This document shows, in pieces, positions 58,445 through 64,000 of a stretch of 64,000 nt of DNA. The position numbers and the translations under genes are program-made. The notes under the pieces were generated by a model that saw only the letters and a program-made list of their open reading frames with translations, had not been told where the DNA came from and searched no databases. Origin of the DNA: a candidate division WOR-3 bacterium (GTDB taxonomy: Bacteria > Hydrothermota > Tepidihabitantia > Tepidihabitantales > DTDR01). How positions within the stretch are numbered: the stretch's first letter is position 1; each line of letters begins with the position of its first letter. Where the stretch lies: assembly GCA_039801725.1 (NCBI GenBank), contig JBDRVE010000002.1, positions 336 through 64,335 on the forward strand, read 5' to 3'.

Positions 58445-59366
58445 CGCCAGTTTTTATTCGATAACCATTAATAAAGTCTAAATCACTAATTATTTTTTTT
58501 CCGCTCGGTTTTAATTCCTTAATTCTTAAAAAAGAATTGCCACATTTTACATATAAACCTTTGTTTAAAATTAAAATTCCTCCGCAAGGAAGGAGGGGAA
58601 GATCATTTACTTCCTTTAAAGAAATTTCTGATTTTAATATAATTAATTGCTCATTCCGAAAAAAAGTATAGGCACCAGGTATAGGTGAAAGAGCACGAAT
58701 TTGGTTGAAAATATCTTCTTTCCCTTTTTCCCAGTTTATTTTTCTCTCTTCCTTCTTAATTTTTGGTGCATAGGTTGCTAATTTATCATCTTGATAGATA
58801 ACAGGTTCGTTATTTAAATACTTCTTAATTGCCTTAATAAGAAAATTTTTACTCAATTCTTTTAATTTCTCTTTGAGACTGCCGTAATTATCTTCCTCTT
58901 TTATTTCAATCTTTTCCTGACAGATAATTGGTCCGGCATCAAGTTTTTCATTAAGAAGAAAGGCAGAAAGTCCAGTTTCTTTTTCGCCATTCATTAGGGC
59001 TCTTTGGATTGGTGCGGCACCACGGTATTTGGGCAAAAGAGAAAAATGGATATTAATAATCCCTTTTTCAAAGATTTCAATTAATTCTTTTTTTAAAATC
59101 TTTCCATAACTGATTAATACTCCTAAATCAGGTTTTAGTTCTTTTAGAAGAGTTATGAACTCTCTATCATTTGGGTCTACCGGTTGAAAAATTTTAAGAA
59201 ATAATTTTTCTGCCTTTTCTTTTATTGGATTTGGTAAAACTTTTAATCCTCTTCCCTTTGGTTTGTCTGGACTTGTAATTATACCAATAACTTCATAATT
59301 ATTTTCTAATAGAGCTTCTAAACCGGGAATACCTAAATCATCGCTGCCAAAGAAAATAATTCTCAT
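58428..59366 (-). CDS. fmt: methionyl-tRNA formyltransferase
   Basis: MRIIFFGS..., formyltransferase N and C domains; operon with def. Confidence 0.8.
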   Translation of the reverse strand: MRIIFFGSDDLGIPGLEALLENNYEVIGIITSPDKPKGRGLKVLPNPIKEKAEKLFLKIFQPVDPNDREFITLLKELKPDLGVLISYGKILKKELIEIFEKGIINIHFSLLPKYRGAAPIQRALMNGEKETGLSAFLLNEKLDAGPIICQEKIEIKEEDNYGSLKEKLKELSKNFLIKAIKKYLNNEPVIYQDDKLATYAPKIKKEERKINWEKGKEDIFNQIRALSPIPGAYTFFRNEQLIILKSEISLKEVNDLPLLPCGGILILNKGLYVKCGNSFLRIKELKPSGKKIISDLDFINGYRIKTGDAFNN

Positions 59367-59854
59367 TTGATTTGGTTAAGAATAAACTTTTTTCTTATTT
59401 CGCTTAAATGGTCAATAAAAAGAATTCCTTGAAGATGGTCATATTCGTGAAGAAAACATCGGGCAAGAAGATATTTTCCTTCCAAAGTTATCTCTTTTTC
59501 ATCTAAGGTTATCCCTTTTACAACAACGATTTTTGGTCTCAAAACAATCTCCCGAATATTAGGAATTGAGAGGCAACCTTCGTAATCTTCAATTTCTCCT
59601 TCTTGGTGGATAATTTCTGGATTAACTATCGTTAAGATTTTTGGTTTTTCTTTATCACCGCTCAAATTAACAATAAAAAGAGATTTTAAAACACCAATCT
59701 GATTAGCTGCCAGCCCTAAACCATCATAGTAGAAAAGGGTCTTTTCCATTTTTTTGACTAATTGGATAATTTTCTCATCAATTTTTTTAACCTGGGAACA
59801 CTTTTTACGAAGAAGGGGATTAGGATAAGTTATTAATTTCGGTTTTTCTTCCAT
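59363..59854 (-). CDS. def: peptide deformylase
   Basis: GLGLAANQIG, EGCLSIP, HEYDHLQG. Confidence 0.9.
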   Translation of the reverse strand: MEEKPKLITYPNPLLRKKCSQVKKIDEKIIQLVKKMEKTLFYYDGLGLAANQIGVLKSLFIVNLSGDKEKPKILTIVNPEIIHQEGEIEDYEGCLSIPNIREIVLRPKIVVVKGITLDEKEITLEGKYLLARCFLHEYDHLQGILFIDHLSEIRKKFILNQIK

Positions 59855-59862
59855 AATTAAAA

Positions 59863-60159
59863 TTAACCTTGTTTTTTATAGGCAATTGAGGTTTTTTCAA
59901 TTTCGATTTTAGTGTTTTCGTCTACTTTTAAAATAAATGTGGTCTCTTTAATATCAGAAATAACACCGTGAATTCCACCAGTGGTCACTACTTTATCACC
60001 TCTTTTTAAACTGTTAATCATCTCCTGATGTTTTTTTTGCCTTCTTTGCTGAGGAATAACTAATAAGAAATAAAAAATTAAAATAATTAAAATTAATGGT
60101 AAAAAAGAAGCCAAAGGATTAACTTGTTGGCCATTTGTAGCATAAAGGAAATCAAACAT
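59863..60159 (-). CDS. yajC: preprotein translocase subunit YajC
   Basis: 98 aa, single TM, KRGDKVVTTGGIHGVI. Confidence 0.75.
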   Translation of the reverse strand: MFDFLYATNGQQVNPLASFLPLILIILIFYFLLVIPQQRRQKKHQEMINSLKRGDKVVTTGGIHGVISDIKETTFILKVDENTKIEIEKTSIAYKKQG

Positions 60160-60169
60160 CTTTCCTCCT

Positions 60170-60757
60170 TTAAGTTAAATATAATTTATTTTCAATAATA
60201 TATTTATAAACCTTTTCAGGTAAAAAATACCTAAAAGGTTTATTATTTTTAATTCTCTCTCTAATTTCGCTTGATTTTATTGCCAATTGAGAAACAGGTA
60301 AAAATACTAAATTTTCTTTATTTTCTTCTTTTGGTAAAGGATAACCATATCGGAAAAGCACACAAATTTTTATCTCTTTTAAAATCTCTTTCGGTTGATA
60401 CCAGTTTTTAAATTCTATATATTGGTCAGAACCAATAATAAAATATAATTCTTTATCAGGATAAATTTTTTTCAACTCTCTTATCGTATAAATGCTATAA
60501 GAACTTTCAATATTATAATTCTCTTTTATCTTTTTTTCAATATCGGAAATAATAAACTTTTCGTTATTCTCAATTGCCAAACTGAGCATATTAAAACGAT
60601 GTTCAAAAGAGGTAATAGTTGTCTTGTGGGGTGGATAATAAGTAGGAACAAAAAGGATTTTTGATAAAGAAAGAGAAAAAAGAACTTCCTCGGCAACTAT
60701 TAAATGGGCAATATGGGGTGGATCAAAGGTACCGCCCAAAATTCCTATTTTTTCCAT
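60170..60757 (-). CDS. nadD: nicotinate-nucleotide adenylyltransferase
   Basis: IGILGGTFDPPHIAHL (H/TxGH motif). Confidence 0.8.
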   Translation of the reverse strand: MEKIGILGGTFDPPHIAHLIVAEEVLFSLSLSKILFVPTYYPPHKTTITSFEHRFNMLSLAIENNEKFIISDIEKKIKENYNIESSYSIYTIRELKKIYPDKELYFIIGSDQYIEFKNWYQPKEILKEIKICVLFRYGYPLPKEENKENLVFLPVSQLAIKSSEIRERIKNNKPFRYFLPEKVYKYIIENKLYLT

Positions 60758-61479
60758 TTTGCTAATAATTTTTGGGCTTGGATTTTTAAATTGCTGTCGC
60801 CCTCTTTTATGATTTCGTTAAGATAACTTTCGGCTTTTTCTATTTCATTATTTTTGTAAGCAAGTTCGGCTAAATAATATAGAGAACGAAATTTAAGGGA
60901 AACCTTGGGAAAATTATTTTTTATATATTCAAAATAGGTTTTTGCTCCGTTTAATTCACCGTTTTTGTAATACAAAAAGGCGATATCAAAGAGATTTTGG
61001 GCAATCAGCGAGTCAATAATAATAACACAATTTTCTGCTTCTTTTGAAAATTGACTTAATGGATAATTTTCTTGAAACTCTAAAAATTTTTCTTTTAGTT
61101 CTTCTAAAGCAGAAAGGTTTTGTGTTTTTTTTAGTAATTTTAAATCACAAAGTAAGGTTTTATAGATAGCCTTTTCGTAATCTTCCGCATAAGGAAAAGT
61201 TTTTGTATAAAATTCGTATTCTAGTTTAGCCTTTTCGTAATCCTTTTTTTGAAAATAACATTCTGCCAAAAGAAATTGGGATTTAATCAGATAAGCACTA
61301 TGGGGATATTCATTAACAATTTTATTAAAGTATTTTATCGCAATATCATATTTATTTTCTGCCATTGCCTTAATGCCGCTATCAAATAATTCAGTTACGT
61401 TTTCTTGGATTATAATATTTTTTTTAGCACAGGTAAAAAAAATAAAAAGAGTAAGAATTAAAAGGATTTTTTTAGACAT
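60745..61479 (-). CDS. TPR-repeat lipoprotein, BamD/YfiO-like
   Basis: Signal peptide with Cys. Repeated YP.S.Y...A...LAECYF..KDY..A TPR pattern similar to BamD. Confidence 0.45.
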   Translation of the reverse strand: MSKKILLILTLFIFFTCAKKNIIIQENVTELFDSGIKAMAENKYDIAIKYFNKIVNEYPHSAYLIKSQFLLAECYFQKKDYEKAKLEYEFYTKTFPYAEDYEKAIYKTLLCDLKLLKKTQNLSALEELKEKFLEFQENYPLSQFSKEAENCVIIIDSLIAQNLFDIAFLYYKNGELNGAKTYFEYIKNNFPKVSLKFRSLYYLAELAYKNNEIEKAESYLNEIIKEGDSNLKIQAQKLLAKWKK

Positions 61480-62290
61480 TCAATCTCTTAATAAATTCTT
61501 TTATTAATGTAGTTAATTTTGGTTCGGTTTCTTTAGCAATTTTTAATATTTCTGCTAAATTTACCGGTTTTAAAGCATCAGGTAATCCCATATCGGTAAT
61601 AACAGAAAAACCGATTACCTTTATTCCCACCTGGCGGGCAACAATCACTTCTGGAACCGTTGACATACCAACAGCATCGGCACCTAAAATTCTAAATGCT
61701 CGATATTCGGCAGCAGTTTCTAAACTGGGTCCCATTACTGCGATATAAACCCCTTTTTTTATTGGAATTTTCAAATCTAAGGCAACCTCTTCGGCGAGTT
61801 TAATTAGATTTTTGTCATAACAATTATACATATCAGGAAATCTTGGACCAAAATCGGGATCGATTAAACCTCTTAAAGGATTATCGCAAAGAAAGTTAAT
61901 ATGGTCAGTGATTATCATAATATCACCAGGGGAAAATAAAGGGTTTAAACCACCGCTCGCGTTGGAAACAATAAGTACTTCTACACCCAATTCTTTCATT
62001 ACTCTTACTGGTAAAGTGATTTCAAACATTGAATATCCTTCATAATAGTGGAAACGACCTTGAAAGGCACAAACTTTTTTCTTATTTACATAGCCAAAAA
62101 TAAGTCTTCCTTCGTGGGTAACGACTGTTGGCATAGGAAAGTTGGGAATTTCCGAATAGGGAATGACTTTGTTAATTTCAATCTCTTCGGCAAGTCTTCC
62201 TAAACCAGTTCCTAAAATAATTCCAATCTTTGGTTTAAAATCACACTCTTTTTTTATAAAATCAACTGCTTCTTTTATCTTCTCCTTCAT
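61472..62290 (-). CDS. purine nucleoside phosphorylase (PNP/MTAP family I)
   Basis: PKIGIILGTGLG, phosphate-binding and GMSTVPE motifs. Confidence 0.7.
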   Translation of the reverse strand: MKEKIKEAVDFIKKECDFKPKIGIILGTGLGRLAEEIEINKVIPYSEIPNFPMPTVVTHEGRLIFGYVNKKKVCAFQGRFHYYEGYSMFEITLPVRVMKELGVEVLIVSNASGGLNPLFSPGDIMIITDHINFLCDNPLRGLIDPDFGPRFPDMYNCYDKNLIKLAEEVALDLKIPIKKGVYIAVMGPSLETAAEYRAFRILGADAVGMSTVPEVIVARQVGIKVIGFSVITDMGLPDALKPVNLAEILKIAKETEPKLTTLIKEFIKRLNV

Positions 62291-62738
62291 ATTCTTTCTC
62301 CCATTCTTTAATAAAATTATTTAAACCCTCAATTAACCCCTTTAAATTAGAAAGAAAAATTCTTTTTTGTAGATTTAGTTTATTTAACTCTTCTCGTAAT
62401 TTGTTAACTTCTTTTTGAGCATTCATTATCATTTCTTCCGCTTCTAATTTTGCTTTTTTCACCACGTTTTCGGCTTCTTTTTGAGCGTTATTTTTTAGGT
62501 CTTCTATTTGTTTTTGAACGGTCATAAGAGTTTCTTGTAAAAGTTTCTCTTGCCTTTGATAATCTGCTACTTTTTCTTCTAAAAAAGATACTTTATTAAT
62601 TAATTCATCTTTCTCTTTAATTATCTCTTCTAGTTCTTTAGCAACGATTTCTAAAAATTCTTTTACTTCTTTTTTGTCATAACCACGAAAGCGAATAAAA
62701 AAATCCTTTCTTCTGATATCTAAAGGAGTTATTTTCAT
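62262..62738 (-). CDS. DivIVA-domain protein
   Basis: MKITPLDIRRKDFFIRFRGYDKKEV, then a coiled coil. Confidence 0.75.
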   Translation of the reverse strand: MKITPLDIRRKDFFIRFRGYDKKEVKEFLEIVAKELEEIIKEKDELINKVSFLEEKVADYQRQEKLLQETLMTVQKQIEDLKNNAQKEAENVVKKAKLEAEEMIMNAQKEVNKLREELNKLNLQKRIFLSNLKGLIEGLNNFIKEWEKEYEGEDKRSS

Positions 62739-62927
62739 AAGATAATTTTAATGTATTAAATAAAATAAGTCAATTTAGTAATTAGGAAAAGAAAAAGATC
62801 AGGAAATTTCGTTAAAAACAAAACTTCTCGGAATTGGGTAAAAGAAAATATCGATAGACTTTGGTAAAAAGATATTTTATTTTAAGAAACATCTTATAAC
62901 GAGTAACGACATCTCAACCGAATGGCT

Positions 62928-64000
62928 TTATATCTTCTTTTGAAAATATTTTCCTTTTTTTAAAAAATAAACCATTCTTTTCTTTTTATTTTTTATTTTA
63001 CTTCCCAAAGCATTATAAAATTCTTCTTTTTGGTCATTTTTGCTATTCTTTTCTATCTTCTTATAATACTCTCGAGAAGTATATTCTTTTGCGATGAGAT
63101 AAGCATAATAAGCATTAGGAAGCCCAAATCCATAGTGTTTATCCCAACCTTTTTCTCCCAGATCAATCGTTCCAACATTCAAAATTGCGCGCAACTGGTA
63201 ATTAGTAAGAAAAGGAAAGGAGGATAAAATTAAAGAAGTAATTCCTGTGATTTGTGGAGCCGACATGGAAGTGCCATCTAATAGAAGATATTGATTATTA
63301 GGGATGGTTGATAAGATCTCTCTACCGGGAGCAACTAATTCTTGTTCTTTTCCGTAGTTACTGAAATCAGTTAAGTGGCTATTTTTATCTAATGCTCCAC
63401 AAGCAATAACTTCTTTAAATCTTGCTGGATAGAAAATATTTTGTGTTCCTTCATTACCACTGGCGGCGACTAATAATACTCCCTTTTTATAGGCATATTC
63501 CACAGCTTCTTTTAATACCGAAGAATAATTACTTGCTCCCAAACTTAAATTTATAATTCTTGCTCCATTATCTGTTGCCCATCTTATTCCTTCTGCCACA
63601 TCAAAATCGCTTCCTTCACCATTCTCGTCTAAAACCCTTACGGCTAATAACCGAACCTGTGCCCAACCACTTATACCAATATAATTATTTGTAACACCAG
63701 CAACTATCCCTGCAACATGGGTTCCGTGATATTCGTTCTCATTATCCGGATAAGGATTACTGTCGTCATCAACAAAATCATAGCCAATTAAATCAAAAGA
63801 AAAATTGTCCTTTAAATCCGGATGATAATAATCTATCCCTTGGTCACAAATCGCAACGATAATATCCTTTTTTCCAATCTCAAAATCCCAAATTAAATCG
63901 CTATACATAACCCATTTATCCCATTGATAATCTAAATAAAATTCATCATTAGGTATAAAACAGGCTTTTAATTTTACATTTGGTTCAAAATAGTTAATAA
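62928..64000 (-). CDS. subtilisin-like S8 serine peptidase (N-terminus runs off the window)
   Basis: Catalytic D (VAICDQGID), H (HGTHVAG) and S (GTSMSAPQITG). The reading frame is open upstream of the first Met to position 64000. Confidence 0.8.
   Translation of the reverse strand, partial: INYFEPNVKLKACFIPNDEFYLDYQWDKWVMYSDLIWDFEIGKKDIIVAICDQGIDYYHPDLKDNFSFDLIGYDFVDDDSNPYPDNENEYHGTHVAGIVAGVTNNYIGISGWAQVRLLAVRVLDENGEGSDFDVAEGIRWATDNGARIINLSLGASNYSSVLKEAVEYAYKKGVLLVAASGNEGTQNIFYPARFKEVIACGALDKNSHLTDFSNYGKEQELVAPGREILSTIPNNQYLLLDGTSMSAPQITGITSLILSSFPFLTNYQLRAILNVGTIDLGEKGWDKHYGFGLPNAYYAYLIAKEYTSREYYKKIEKNSKNDQKEEFYNALGSKIKNKKKRMVYFLKKGKYFQKKI

Noticed and set aside
62739-62927. Possible SRP (4.5S) RNA or other ncRNA in the gap between the S8 protease and the DivIVA gene
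   Set aside because: I found no conserved SRP RNA apical-loop motifs and no obvious stable hairpin. It is most likely a plain promoter/spacer region.

Overview
This is a compact, very AT-rich chromosomal segment (about 30% GC by eye) from an anaerobic, apparently diderm bacterium. Almost every gene abuts or overlaps its neighbour, and many are preceded by AAGGAGG-type ribosome-binding sites. TGA is a normal stop codon here (mgtA, galE and murD end in TGA). I found no transposase, integrase or CRISPR array.

Genes from start to end:
- Start of the window: an Mg2+ P-type ATPase (mgtA), an nrdR-nrdD (class III anaerobic ribonucleotide reductase) operon with recognisable NrdR boxes over a sigma70-like promoter, and a K+-dependent-type membrane pyrophosphatase (hppA).
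- A secreted FG-GAP repeat protein with a type IX secretion-like C-terminal domain, a cytoplasmic PAS histidine kinase with a CheY-like receiver, then fabG.
- An isolated rplF (ribosomal protein L6), about 900 bp of non-coding DNA, then hflX, pgsA, rsmI and folC.
- A long division/cell-wall cluster: mraZ-rsmH-ftsL-ftsI-murE-mraY-murD-ftsW-murG-murC-murB-ftsA-ftsZ. It lacks murF, ddl and ftsQ.
- infA-map-adk, rimI, a nitroreductase, tRNA-Arg(CCG), and a 993-aa N/K/Y-rich putative outer-membrane beta-barrel protein with internal repeats.
- A sugar phosphotransferase with galE; panCB; a deoxynucleoside kinase; folK; a ZIP transporter; and a sucCD-korDABG operon (succinyl-CoA synthetase with a four-subunit 2-oxoacid:ferredoxin oxidoreductase).
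- On the minus strand: ffh, rpe, a PASTA-only membrane protein, fmt, def, yajC, nadD, a BamD-like TPR lipoprotein, a purine nucleoside phosphorylase, a DivIVA protein and a partial S8 protease.

The most unusual feature is an eight-gene, tightly packed, co-directional redox module on the minus strand (49328-55787), immediately downstream of ffh. In order of transcription it contains three tandem ferritin-like diiron proteins, a NifS-like cysteine desulfurase, a thioredoxin-fold lipoprotein, a TlpA-like periplasmic thioredoxin, a hypothetical outer-membrane protein and a NapH/CcoG-like polyferredoxin membrane protein. The lipoprotein reading frame contains an in-frame TGA exactly at the first Cys of the canonical CxxC site (VLVEIFTQAG-U-PFC), which makes it a candidate selenoprotein (UxxC).

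Other regulatory observations:
- A strong promoter drives an apparently leaderless mraZ whose 5' end carries a 21-bp tandem repeat.
- There is a hairpin plus T-run in the mgtA leader.
- A 660-bp non-coding region holds an orphan consensus promoter, G5 runs and a 24-bp tandem repeat.
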